Translations under genes and position numbers: made by a program
DNA from: Sulfurimonas sp.
Lineage (GTDB): Bacteria; Campylobacterota; Campylobacteria; Campylobacterales; Sulfurimonadaceae
NCBI GenBank assembly: GCA_013791885.1
Contig: VMSZ01000010.1
Coordinates: 5,869 to 69,868 of the forward strand
Direction of reading: 5' to 3'
Length of the DNA: 64,000 nucleotides
Part shown: piece by piece, positions 18,221 through 27,475 of the stretch
Numbering within the stretch: position 1 is the first letter of the stretch
How the letters are laid out: each line of letters opens with the position of its first letter
Notes under the pieces: generated by a model
What the model was told of the DNA's origin: nothing
Database searches by the model: none
Seen by the model: only the letters and a program-made list of their open reading frames with translations

Positions 18221-18272
18221 ATTATATGTTTATTTTCTCTTAATGTCAAATATAATTGACATTAAGAGAAAA
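18221..18272 (-). promoter_or_regulatory. hipBA promoter (TTGACA-17 nt-TATAAT) embedded in a perfect 17-bp inverted repeat (putative HipB operator and fliW terminator)
   Basis: Reverse strand: -35 TTGACA (18249-18244), 17-nt spacer, -10 TATAAT (18226-18221). Inverted repeat TTTTCTCTTAATGTCAA (18233-18249) / TTGACATTAAGAGAAAA (18256-18272) with a 6-nt spacer. Confidence 0.65.
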
Positions 18273-18274
18273 AG

Positions 18275-18655
18275 CTATTTATTTAAAAAGCTAGAAATTT
18301 TCTCAGCAACGCTGTATTTTGTTGCTTCTTGGAGGATGATTTGTGCGGCTTTTTTTGTGTCTGTGTTGAAGACCAAAGGTCCTATGAAGTTGACCATAGA
18401 GTCTTCTATGGGTGTTTGGATCAGAACGATGTTGAAAACAAGCAAATTAGAGATGTCTGTAATCTCAAGCAAGTCTTGGGTTTTTTGAGGAACTTCAAAG
18501 TCGTACTCTATAAGGACAAAAGGATTGATGAGAGTAAAAGAGATGTGTGAATCTTCAACGGCTTGCATTTTCATAAAGATATCGTCAATCTTTTGAAGCT
18601 CCACTTGTTTGATATGGTCAAAGCCTAAAATAGGTACTTGTAAGTCAAATGTCAT
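18275..18655 (-). CDS. fliW: Flagellar assembly factor FliW (CsrA antagonist)
   Basis: MTFDLQVPILGFDHIKQVEL start typical of FliW. The track start at 18691 is probably an upstream extension. Confidence 0.85.
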   Translation of the reverse strand: MTFDLQVPILGFDHIKQVELQKIDDIFMKMQAVEDSHISFTLINPFVLIEYDFEVPQKTQDLLEITDISNLLVFNIVLIQTPIEDSMVNFIGPLVFNTDTKKAAQIILQEATKYSVAEKISSFLNK

Positions 18656-18778
18656 TAAAAAACCTTTTGTAAATTTCGTAAAGTATAACACTTTAAAGCA
18701 TAAAACATACCTAGTTTAATGAGTGTTATATAAGTTTTGGATAGAATAACACTCCATTTAAAACTAGGAATCAACTTT

Positions 18779-19525
18779 ATGAAATTAAAAACAAATATTT
18801 TACTGCTTTTGCTCTGTGGCCTTATCTTCTTTAGCGGCTGTTCTAAAGATGTTGAAGAGTATAACAAACCCGCTGTGTACTGGTACTCCAAGATTATTGA
18901 ATCTATTTCCAATGGCAATATAGAAAAAGCGGACAATTACTATAGTTCCCTGCAGGGTGAACACATAGGTTCTCCGCTTTTACCTGAAGCTACGATGATT
19001 TTAGCAATAGCGCATATGAACGAGGAAGAGTATCTTTTAAGTGAGCACTTTTTTAATGAGTATATTAAACGTTATGCAAACCCGAATGAAAAAGAGTTTG
19101 CGGAGTTTATGAAGATTAAAGCAAAGTACCTGGCTCTTCCAAATCCTTGGCGTGATCAGGTGTTGATTCAGGAGGCTATAGTTGAAGGTGAAAACTTCAA
19201 AAAACTTTACCCGCATTCTGCGTACTATGCTATTGTAGAGAGTATATTGACGAATCTTTACATGGCAGATGCAGCACTGAATGAAAACATAGCTGATTTG
19301 TATACAAGACTTGATAAGCCTAGAAGTGCGGATTTTTATAAAAATATTAAACCGCAGCCTTGGATAGATTGGAATGAGATAGAACGAGCTAATACAGCCT
19401 GGTACCGTGCATGGTTTGAAGGTGATGGAACCGAAAGTTGGTACGGATTTATGGTTCCAGATACAAAAAGTGTTGTGTCTAGAAACTCTGCTCCACAAGA
19501 AAATAAAAATAATATTGAACAATAG
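18779..19525 (+). CDS. bamD: Outer membrane protein assembly factor BamD (ComL-like lipoprotein)
   Basis: Start moved to the ATG at 18779 (AGGAA SD). MKLKTNILLLLLCGLIFFSG|CS lipobox. TPR-like BamD sequence. Confidence 0.8.
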   Translation: MKLKTNILLLLLCGLIFFSGCSKDVEEYNKPAVYWYSKIIESISNGNIEKADNYYSSLQGEHIGSPLLPEATMILAIAHMNEEEYLLSEHFFNEYIKRYANPNEKEFAEFMKIKAKYLALPNPWRDQVLIQEAIVEGENFKKLYPHSAYYAIVESILTNLYMADAALNENIADLYTRLDKPRSADFYKNIKPQPWIDWNEIERANTAWYRAWFEGDGTESWYGFMVPDTKSVVSRNSAPQENKNNIEQ

Positions 19526-19533
19526 GATAATTT

Positions 19534-21951
19534 ATGAAATTAAGTAATTATGGTGATTTTCCTGCTGATATTCCAGTTATAGCAGAAGATGAACTTTTTT
19601 TATACCCTTTTATGATTTCACCGCTTTTTTTAAGTGATGAAACCAACATTAGTGCGGCCGCAAAGGCCATTGAAGAAAATACTTTAGTTATTGTGTGCTC
19701 TACAAAACCTTCTCACGAGGGACAAAGAGATTATGACTCTTTATATGACGTAGGTGTTGTAGGCTCCATTATGAGAAAAGTAGCTTTGCCAGATGGAAGA
19801 ATAAAAGTTCTTTTTCAAGGTTTGGCACGAGCAAAAATGTTTCACAAAGTTTCAGACAAACCGCTTGTAGCACGTGTGGATGTTATAGAACCTATAAACG
19901 CAAGCTCTTTACGTATTGATGCAATTTTAGAAGTTGTGAGAGAGAAAGTAAGAGTGCTCTCAACTGTAAGTAACTATTTTCCTCCTGATCTGCTTAGAAC
20001 AATAGAAGAAAATCATGACAACAATCGTATTATTGATTTAATCTGCAGCACCGTAAAACTCAAAAAAGAGCAGGCGTATAAACTCTTTGTTGAGGTAGAT
20101 ACGGAAAAAAGATTTTTAGACCTCGTAGATTTTTTGATGGATGAGATAGAAGCGCATAAACTTCAAAAAGAGATACGCTCCAAAGTTCACTCACACATAG
20201 AAAAAGTGAATAAAGAGTATTTCTTAAAAGAGCAGCTTAAACAGATTCAAAAAGAATTAGGAACAGATACTTCAAAAGATGAAGAGATAGAAGAGTATAG
20301 AAAAAAACTTGAAGCAAAAAAATCGAAAATGAGTGAAGAGGCACATAAAGAGATTGCTAAACAAATAGAGCGTTTTTCCCGTATGCATCCAGATTCTTCG
20401 GATGCTTCTATGACACAGACTTATCTTGACTGGGTTTTAGAGATTCCCTTTGGAGATGAATCTAAAAAACCTTTGAAAATAGATGACGTAGAAACGCAGC
20501 TTGACAAAGACCATTTTTCTTTAGAAAAACCTAAGAAACGCATTGTTGAGTACTTTGCTGTAAAAGAGCTTTTAGAACTTCGCGGTATCAGCCAGAAAAA
20601 GAGCGCAGGGGCAATTCTTTGTTTTTCAGGACCTCCGGGTGTTGGTAAAACTTCTCTTGCAAATTCTATAGCAACTGCGCTTAAGCGTCCTCTTGTGCGT
20701 ATTGCTTTGGGCGGACTTGAAGATGTTAACGAGCTTAGAGGGCACAGAAGAACTTATGTAGGTGCAATGCCGGGACGTATTGTTCAAGGTTTGATTGATG
20801 CGAAAAAAATGAATGCTGTCATTGTTTTAGATGAGATAGACAAAGTTTCGCGTTCACAAAGAGGTGATCCGACTGCGGCACTTTTAGAGATTCTTGATCC
20901 TGAGCAAAATAGCGAATTTAGAGATTATTATTTGAACTTTAACATTGATCTTAGTAATGTCATCTTTATCGCAACAGCAAATGAAGTCGGCAAAATTCCT
21001 GCTCCGCTTCGTGACAGAATGGAGTTTATTACTGTTAGTTCTTACACGCCTCAAGAGAAGTATGAGATTGCAAAACGCTATCTTATTCCTCAAGAGTTGA
21101 AAAAACATGGGCTTAAACCATCTGAAGTAAGTATCTCTACTACGGCACTTAAAGAACTTATTCATAGTTTTACTCGTGAAGCAGGTGTACGTAATCTTCG
21201 CCGCCGGATTGCTGACATGAGCAGAAAAGCTGCTAAAGAGATACTTCAGCATCCTGAGTCTGGAAAAATTTCTGTAACACTCAAAAATCTTAAAAACTAT
21301 TTTGATAAAAGTGTTTTTGAAATTGAAAAAACAACAAAAGTACCGGTTGTTGGAGTTGTGAATGGTCTGGCTTGGACAGCGGTTGGCGGGGATGTGCTTA
21401 AAATAGAAAGTATTCGCATCAAAGGCAAAGGTAATTTACAACTAACAGGAAGCCTTGGCGATGTTATGAAAGAATCGGCAAGAATTGCTATGAGTGTTGT
21501 TAAGACGCTCATTGATACGAAAAAGCTCAAAATTGATGATAAAAATGTGCCGCTTACTTTTAAAGAAATAGAAGACAAGATGCCCATAGATCCGAGCGAA
21601 GTTTATAAACGCTATGACTTACATATTCACGTTCCAGATGGTGCAACGCCAAAAGACGGTCCAAGTGCAGGTATTGCTATGGTGAGTGTTATCTCTTCTA
21701 TTTTAAGCGGCAAAAAAATACGTTCAGAAATTGCTATGACTGGTGAGGTTTCTTTGAGTGGGGATGTGCTCCCTATTGGCGGTTTAAAAGAGAAACTTAT
21801 TGCTGCGCATAAAGCTGGTATGACTAAAGTACTTATTCCTGCTAAAAATTATGAGAGAGATTTGGATGATATTCCTAAAGAGGTACAAGATTCCGTTGAG
21901 ATAATAGGTGTTACAAGAGTAGAAGAAGTACTAAAACAAATTCTTATTTAG
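19534..21951 (+). CDS. lon: ATP-dependent Lon protease
   Basis: 805 aa. Walker A GPPGVGKTS. Protease site PKDGPSAGIAM (catalytic Ser). Confidence 0.95.
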   Translation: MKLSNYGDFPADIPVIAEDELFLYPFMISPLFLSDETNISAAAKAIEENTLVIVCSTKPSHEGQRDYDSLYDVGVVGSIMRKVALPDGRIKVLFQGLARAKMFHKVSDKPLVARVDVIEPINASSLRIDAILEVVREKVRVLSTVSNYFPPDLLRTIEENHDNNRIIDLICSTVKLKKEQAYKLFVEVDTEKRFLDLVDFLMDEIEAHKLQKEIRSKVHSHIEKVNKEYFLKEQLKQIQKELGTDTSKDEEIEEYRKKLEAKKSKMSEEAHKEIAKQIERFSRMHPDSSDASMTQTYLDWVLEIPFGDESKKPLKIDDVETQLDKDHFSLEKPKKRIVEYFAVKELLELRGISQKKSAGAILCFSGPPGVGKTSLANSIATALKRPLVRIALGGLEDVNELRGHRRTYVGAMPGRIVQGLIDAKKMNAVIVLDEIDKVSRSQRGDPTAALLEILDPEQNSEFRDYYLNFNIDLSNVIFIATANEVGKIPAPLRDRMEFITVSSYTPQEKYEIAKRYLIPQELKKHGLKPSEVSISTTALKELIHSFTREAGVRNLRRRIADMSRKAAKEILQHPESGKISVTLKNLKNYFDKSVFEIEKTTKVPVVGVVNGLAWTAVGGDVLKIESIRIKGKGNLQLTGSLGDVMKESARIAMSVVKTLIDTKKLKIDDKNVPLTFKEIEDKMPIDPSEVYKRYDLHIHVPDGATPKDGPSAGIAMVSVISSILSGKKIRSEIAMTGEVSLSGDVLPIGGLKEKLIAAHKAGMTKVLIPAKNYERDLDDIPKEVQDSVEIIGVTRVEEVLKQILI

Positions 21952-21971
21952 TAAATATGTAATCATTTTCG

Positions 21972-21999
21972 AGGTCTTTCGCATAAATGCGAAAGACCT
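21972..21999. terminator. 11-bp perfect stem-loop just after lon, first of several hairpins in a convergent intergenic region
   Basis: AGGTCTTTCGC-ATAAAT-GCGAAAGACCT. No U-tract follows. More hairpins at 22011-22029 and 22049-22073. Confidence 0.45.
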
Positions 22000-22099
22000 T
22001 AGGGGAGCGTAAAGGACAAATTTGTCTTTGCCGCTAAAACGGGCTTTATTCTATGTCCTGAAATGGCATAGAACACACAAGCGCTTGTTTTAGGGTATC

Positions 22100-22477
22100 T
22101 TATAGTATAACCGTAGCTATTTTTTTCATTAAATCATCATTTCTTATAGGCTTCATTAAAAACCCGTTTGCACCAAACTCTAAAGCATCACCTTTCTTTG
22201 TTTCATCAGTTGTAAGTACAATGATAGGAAGCTGGCGAAGATTGTCATCTGCGCGTACTACTTTAAGCATATCTATCCCGCCCATAATAGGCATAATGAT
22301 ATCAAGTAGAATGAGATCAATATCATCTCTTTTTTTCAGCTCTCCTATGGCATCAGAACCATTTTTAGCTTCAATAACCTCTTTTACATTACCACTTTTC
22401 ATCAACATCGATCTTAAAAGTTTCAAATTAATTAAATCATCATCAACTGCTAAAACCACTAGGTCTTTTTTTATCAT
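22100..22477 (-). CDS. Single-domain response regulator (CheY-like receiver)
   Basis: 125 aa. VLAVDDD...LILLDIIMPIMGG...K receiver signature. No output domain. Confidence 0.88.
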   Translation of the reverse strand: MIKKDLVVLAVDDDLINLKLLRSMLMKSGNVKEVIEAKNGSDAIGELKKRDDIDLILLDIIMPIMGGIDMLKVVRADDNLRQLPIIVLTTDETKKGDALEFGANGFLMKPIRNDDLMKKIATVIL

Positions 22478-22486
22478 TTTTTAGCC

Positions 22487-25400
22487 TTAAATAAATTTTT
22501 CAAACACGAGTCTTAACAGATCTTTGTTTACAATATTTTTGATGCTCTCGTGTACATAAAGAGCGTCATCAGAATTTTCGATTGACGAAGAGTCATTAAT
22601 AAGTACTAAATAACTGTCTAGATTTCTACTTTGATTAGCTTCTTTTACTCTATTAGAAAAAGCTTCTAAATCTAAACCATCACACTCTTTATCAAATAAA
22701 ATCAACTTGTAGCTGTCATCTTCTATCATTTTTTGCATTTCATCGACAGAATTTGCAATCTCAAAAGTATAACCAAGAGAAAGCAATACTTTAGTGTAAA
22801 GTTTTGCCTCAAAAGGTGTTTTTTTGGCGAGAAGAATGTCTGCTTTATAACTTGCAGGTTCTACAAGATTCTCTTCTGTTAATTCCAGTGGCTCATCTGT
22901 GAAAGCGTCTTCCATAGGAATTTCTTCTTCTGCAAGCACTTCTTCTGTGATTGTTTCAGGCTCAGCAGATATTATCTCTTTTTCTTTCGTTTGTTCTTCT
23001 GCCCGAGCAGTTTCAATAGCTTCTTGTGCGCTTTTTGGAATCTTTTTCTCTTGGATAATATAATCAAATAAGAAATGATTCAATAAAGTTACTATTTCTG
23101 CACGAACGAGAGGTTTAGTCGTATATTCATCAAGCCCAGCTTCTAGGAATCTCTCTCTATCGCCTTTAAGTGCATTTGCTGTAAGCGCTACTATCGGAAC
23201 ATGTGGCTGATTATATTCTGCTTCATACTCAAGTATTTCTTTTGTCGCTTCAACCCCATCAAGGAATGGCATTTGAATATCCATGAAAATCATGTCGAAG
23301 TTCCCATCTTTTCTTTTTTGAAAGGCTTCAAGACCATTCGAGGCAATAGAAACAGTAAGGCCTAAATCTTCAAGAGTTCTTTGAATCAATTTTTGATTGA
23401 TTATATTGTCTTCCGCAACTAAAACATTAGCATCGAATTTTGATGTTAAGGCATCAAAAGTTTTTTTAGAAGGTTTGTTGGCTCTTTTTTCGTTGAAATT
23501 ACCTTTGCTGTAATTTTCTAAAACAAGTTTAACTTTGGTAGAATTGAGAGGCTCATACAATGTTTTAAAGATATTTGCATGCAGAGATTCAATTTTTTTC
23601 ATAAAGTAAGATTTTGTTAGTAGGATAAGCTCTTGAGGCAATGCTCCATAGGCGACCAGGCTCTCTTCAGAAACATAATCGAAATCAACAAATACTAAGT
23701 CGTAACTGACTTGTCTCTGCAATGTTTCAATTTCACTAATATCTCTAAATGTTGTGTAGCTCACTCCAAAGAAATCTAAGTACTCACGAAGATATGTTTC
23801 TTGACGTTTTGTTTTATGTGAAGATTCCTGAACAAGAGCATTAATACTTGAATAAGAGCCTTTAATGCTTTCATTGAGTGTTTCTACCTCTTCAAAATCT
23901 ATTGTAAAGAAGAAAGTTGTTCCATCGCCAGGCTCACTATGAAGGTCTAAGTGACCACCCATAAGTTCTATAAATCTGCTTGAAATAGTAAGACCAAGAC
24001 CAGTTCCACCATACTTACGTGTAATTGACGTATCGGCTTGAGAGAAGGCTTCAAAAATTCTTGATTTTTGTTCACTGGTTACACCAATACCACTATCTTG
24101 AACTTCAAATCTTATTCTTGTTATTCCATCTTCCTCAGATGGAATTTTTCTTATATCTACATTGATTGAACCTGCGCTGCTTGTGAACTTGACAGCGTTT
24201 GAGAGAAGATTAATGATAACTTCTTTAATTTTTGTAGGGTCACCTTTAAGCGGCTGTTCAAGTGCAGGATCAACAAAACATCCAAGATCAATATGCTTTT
24301 CGCTTGCGCGAACAGCATATACTTCAACAGCACTGTTAAACTCTTCTACCGGGTTAAACGCAATGTTCTCAATTTCAATTTTGTTGCTTTCGATTTTTGA
24401 AAGGTCAAGAATATTATTGATAATTTCAAGAAGATTTTCTGAACTTTTTTCAATGATTTCAACAAACTCAGATTGCTCTTCTTTGAGCCCTGTATCTTTA
24501 AGAAGCTCGGTAAAACCAACAATCCCGTTTAGAGGTGTTCGAATCTCATGAGACATATTTGCAAGGAACATAGATTTTGCTTCACTTGCTTCTTGCGCAG
24601 AAATTTTATCCTCTCTGGTTTGTTTAATAATTCTCTCAAGGAGTGCATAGGCTTCAGCTGTTCCTTCAGATGTATGAAGGTTGATGTTTGATTTGTTTTC
24701 ATCATCATCAGTATCCTGTGCAACTTTTTGAAGTACGTTCTCAAGGTTTTTAATATTTCTTGCAATATCATTTGAGAGTAAAAAACCAAGTATGGCAAGA
24801 ATAACAGAAACAAGCCAGATAGTTAAAGTGATGGTCAAAAATTGAAGAGCATCAGTCTGGACTTTTATGGCTCTATTATCCATAGCGGAAAGAATTAAAT
24901 CTTCAGCTTTTGATAAAATATTTGTTTTCTCAGAGAGCATTGTAAACCAAATGCCCGAACTTGTTTCATATTCTCCTTCTTGCGAATCGGAAATAATCTG
25001 TGTTCTCTCAGTGTTGATGTCATCTAAAAGTTCAAGCGTGTCTTCACTTTTTATAATGGCATTAATTTCAGCAATCAAAGCTTTGTTTTGAAGTGTGTCA
25101 TAGTTTACTGTGTCGGCTTTGGCAATAAGTGAAATCCATGTATTGAATTCCCCTTCTTCAAGTGGTGTAGCCCGAGCGATAGTAAAAGAGACAAAGTCCC
25201 GCTCTGCAGCAGTAAATTCTTTGGCACGAACCATAGAAATATATGAAGAAGAAAGTTCATTAATTTCAGCATCCATTTGCTTACTAGTAATCTCTTCTAG
25301 TTGTTTAATTCCTTTTAACTGCGCTTTACCGTAAACTTTTTCGTAAACATCTGTAAAGTTTGTTTGCTGTGTGTCAACAAGTTGTCTTATTTTTTCAATC

Positions 25401-25786
25401 TCTTCAATCGATTGTGAAATTGATTTAATATTTGTACAGCTTAGACAATTGGAAACACCATTGGAATGGTCATGCAGAGCACTGTTTTCTTTTGTATGTG
25501 TTATATATTTTTTTTGTATCTCATCAACTATCTTTCTCTGTTTCATAAGTGACTTGAGAGTGTTCTCGGAAGAGTTTCCAAGATAGATAACTGTCATACC
25601 TCTTTCACGTGAGATATTCCCAACAAGTTCATTAAGGAGTCTGTTTTCAGAGAGTTTGTCTTTTAGAAGTTGTGCTGCCTTGTAATTTGCATATGAGTCG
25701 TATAAAAAATAACTCGTAATAGAAAATAAAAGTAAGATAGGGAAGAGACTGATAAGTCTTAGTCTGTTTTTTAGTCCTAATTGCAT
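22487..25786 (-). CDS. Hybrid sensor histidine kinase with periplasmic NIT-like (nitrate/nitrite-sensing) domain
   Basis: 1099 aa. Two TM helices flank a domain with NISRERGMTVIYLGNSSE and AAERDF motifs (NIT-like). H-box SHEIRTPLNG, HATPase, receiver VLVAEDNIINQ...MDIQMP, plus degenerate receiver-like regions. Confidence 0.8.
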   Translation of the reverse strand: MQLGLKNRLRLISLFPILLLFSITSYFLYDSYANYKAAQLLKDKLSENRLLNELVGNISRERGMTVIYLGNSSENTLKSLMKQRKIVDEIQKKYITHTKENSALHDHSNGVSNCLSCTNIKSISQSIEEIEKIRQLVDTQQTNFTDVYEKVYGKAQLKGIKQLEEITSKQMDAEINELSSSYISMVRAKEFTAAERDFVSFTIARATPLEEGEFNTWISLIAKADTVNYDTLQNKALIAEINAIIKSEDTLELLDDINTERTQIISDSQEGEYETSSGIWFTMLSEKTNILSKAEDLILSAMDNRAIKVQTDALQFLTITLTIWLVSVILAILGFLLSNDIARNIKNLENVLQKVAQDTDDDENKSNINLHTSEGTAEAYALLERIIKQTREDKISAQEASEAKSMFLANMSHEIRTPLNGIVGFTELLKDTGLKEEQSEFVEIIEKSSENLLEIINNILDLSKIESNKIEIENIAFNPVEEFNSAVEVYAVRASEKHIDLGCFVDPALEQPLKGDPTKIKEVIINLLSNAVKFTSSAGSINVDIRKIPSEEDGITRIRFEVQDSGIGVTSEQKSRIFEAFSQADTSITRKYGGTGLGLTISSRFIELMGGHLDLHSEPGDGTTFFFTIDFEEVETLNESIKGSYSSINALVQESSHKTKRQETYLREYLDFFGVSYTTFRDISEIETLQRQVSYDLVFVDFDYVSEESLVAYGALPQELILLTKSYFMKKIESLHANIFKTLYEPLNSTKVKLVLENYSKGNFNEKRANKPSKKTFDALTSKFDANVLVAEDNIINQKLIQRTLEDLGLTVSIASNGLEAFQKRKDGNFDMIFMDIQMPFLDGVEATKEILEYEAEYNQPHVPIVALTANALKGDRERFLEAGLDEYTTKPLVRAEIVTLLNHFLFDYIIQEKKIPKSAQEAIETARAEEQTKEKEIISAEPETITEEVLAEEEIPMEDAFTDEPLELTEENLVEPASYKADILLAKKTPFEAKLYTKVLLSLGYTFEIANSVDEMQKMIEDDSYKLILFDKECDGLDLEAFSNRVKEANQSRNLDSYLVLINDSSSIENSDDALYVHESIKNIVNKDLLRLVFEKFI

Positions 25787-25789
25787 CTT

Positions 25790-27475
25790 TTAAGCCTCTT
25801 TATTTGAAATTTGCGACATTATCGCATCAATTTTATCTATAGAATCTAAAGCCACGTTTGAATCTGAACTTTTAATAATTGTGTCGAGCTCATGTGAGAG
25901 CTCCATAATCCTCATATTTTCACTCATACCTTTAAGTTTCATTGCTTTCACCTTCCATAAGTCTGAATTTTCATTGTTGATTGCATCCCTTATTTGTTTA
26001 CATTTAACTTGACTCTCATCTATGAAATCATCAAAAAGTTCATTAAATGATTCTATATCAATACCTATTTCATTTGCGATGATTTCTCGTTTATAGTTGA
26101 TTGTTACTTTTTCTTTCTCCTGCGTTTGAAGAAGTGCTACAGGCTGAATTTCTTTATCTTCATCTGTGTTGAGAAGTTCAAGTTTTTCTTCGTCATCAAA
26201 CGTATCTAGCATATCCGGCAGTTCATTAATCTCTGAAACTTCCAAAGATAAATCGTCAGCATCAACTGTATCAAAATCTATGTCTAATAAATTAGGAGAG
26301 AACTCTTCTATATTGTTTGGCTTAAAATCATCATCAGCAAGTTCAGGCATTTTAATAGTGTTTGGAACTTCATTGTCATCGACATTGATTTCTATAGGAA
26401 CATCGAAGTCATCATCTTTAAAGTCTACAACAAATTCATCTTCTTCGCTGCGTGCATTATTTACAGCTATGGTGTCAGCAGGTGTCTCACCTGAAAGTTT
26501 AGAGATAATTCTATAGAATTTATCGAGATTAGAGTGTATGATGGGAAAATCAGTCGCTGTATTAACTACAGTTAAAGCTTCAAGTGCATCTACAACCCTA
26601 AGATTTGCAGCAACACCTTTGAGTTTATGTGAAAGTATTTTTACATTAGAAATATCTAGTTCATGCAATGATGCATATAACTCATCTTTAAACTCTTGAG
26701 CCTGCGCAATAAAATCTTGTATAAACTCTTCAATTAAGTCAACTGGAAGTCCGAGCTCTTTTGACGCTACATTAGGATCAAAGACATAGTCATCGTGATG
26801 ATTTTTTTGATGTGTTTCTGTAGTGGTTTTAGGAACTTCTATGTGATGAGCTTTAGGTACTTCAACAGATTTAAGGGGCTCATGTTGCGGTTTTGGTGCA
26901 GGTATGTCTTCTTCAATTTCTATTTCTAGAGGAAAATCATCATAAAGATCTTCGATTACACTGTTGTATGTCTGTATCTCTTCAATCTCTGGTTCTATTT
27001 CCGTGAGTTCTTCTTTGATTGGTTCTTTGATTGGTTCTGCGTGGAGCGTTTCAAAATGGTTGAATGGAGCTGCAGGGGGAGTGTATGCAGGAGTCTGAGC
27101 CTGCTTATGTGCAATATCGATTGCAACGCTGCTGCTCTCACTATCGCTGAGTCTTCTAAGATTTTGAAGATTTACAATAAAAGCTTTCTCTGTCGGATTA
27201 TCGCTCAAATATATAGGAGTAATTTTTAGATTACATTTATAATTTATTGAATGCGCATGAATTATAACTTTTGGTGGTTCTGTTGAGTCTGCACAAGTAA
27301 TAAAATCTATCCAATGGACATGTTTGAAGTTATGAATATAACCCGGTGTTTTAACAAATAAATCTGAGAAATCTGAAACTTCAGCCTGCAAACTTATTAA
27401 GTCTTTAAAGCCTAAAGCTTGTAGATCAACTTCGTCAATACCTAAAAACTCTTTTTTATAGTTGTAAATTAACAT
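25790..27475 (-). CDS. Hpt-domain phosphorelay protein with two Hpt-like modules and acidic linkers
   Basis: 561 aa. Canonical Hpt SHKLKGVAANL (His283). Second Hpt-like module KAMKLKGMSENM with Met512 at the His position. D/E-rich low-complexity linkers. TAATG overlap with the upstream PAS gene. Confidence 0.75.
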   Translation of the reverse strand: MLIYNYKKEFLGIDEVDLQALGFKDLISLQAEVSDFSDLFVKTPGYIHNFKHVHWIDFITCADSTEPPKVIIHAHSINYKCNLKITPIYLSDNPTEKAFIVNLQNLRRLSDSESSSVAIDIAHKQAQTPAYTPPAAPFNHFETLHAEPIKEPIKEELTEIEPEIEEIQTYNSVIEDLYDDFPLEIEIEEDIPAPKPQHEPLKSVEVPKAHHIEVPKTTTETHQKNHHDDYVFDPNVASKELGLPVDLIEEFIQDFIAQAQEFKDELYASLHELDISNVKILSHKLKGVAANLRVVDALEALTVVNTATDFPIIHSNLDKFYRIISKLSGETPADTIAVNNARSEEDEFVVDFKDDDFDVPIEINVDDNEVPNTIKMPELADDDFKPNNIEEFSPNLLDIDFDTVDADDLSLEVSEINELPDMLDTFDDEEKLELLNTDEDKEIQPVALLQTQEKEKVTINYKREIIANEIGIDIESFNELFDDFIDESQVKCKQIRDAINNENSDLWKVKAMKLKGMSENMRIMELSHELDTIIKSSDSNVALDSIDKIDAIMSQISNKEA

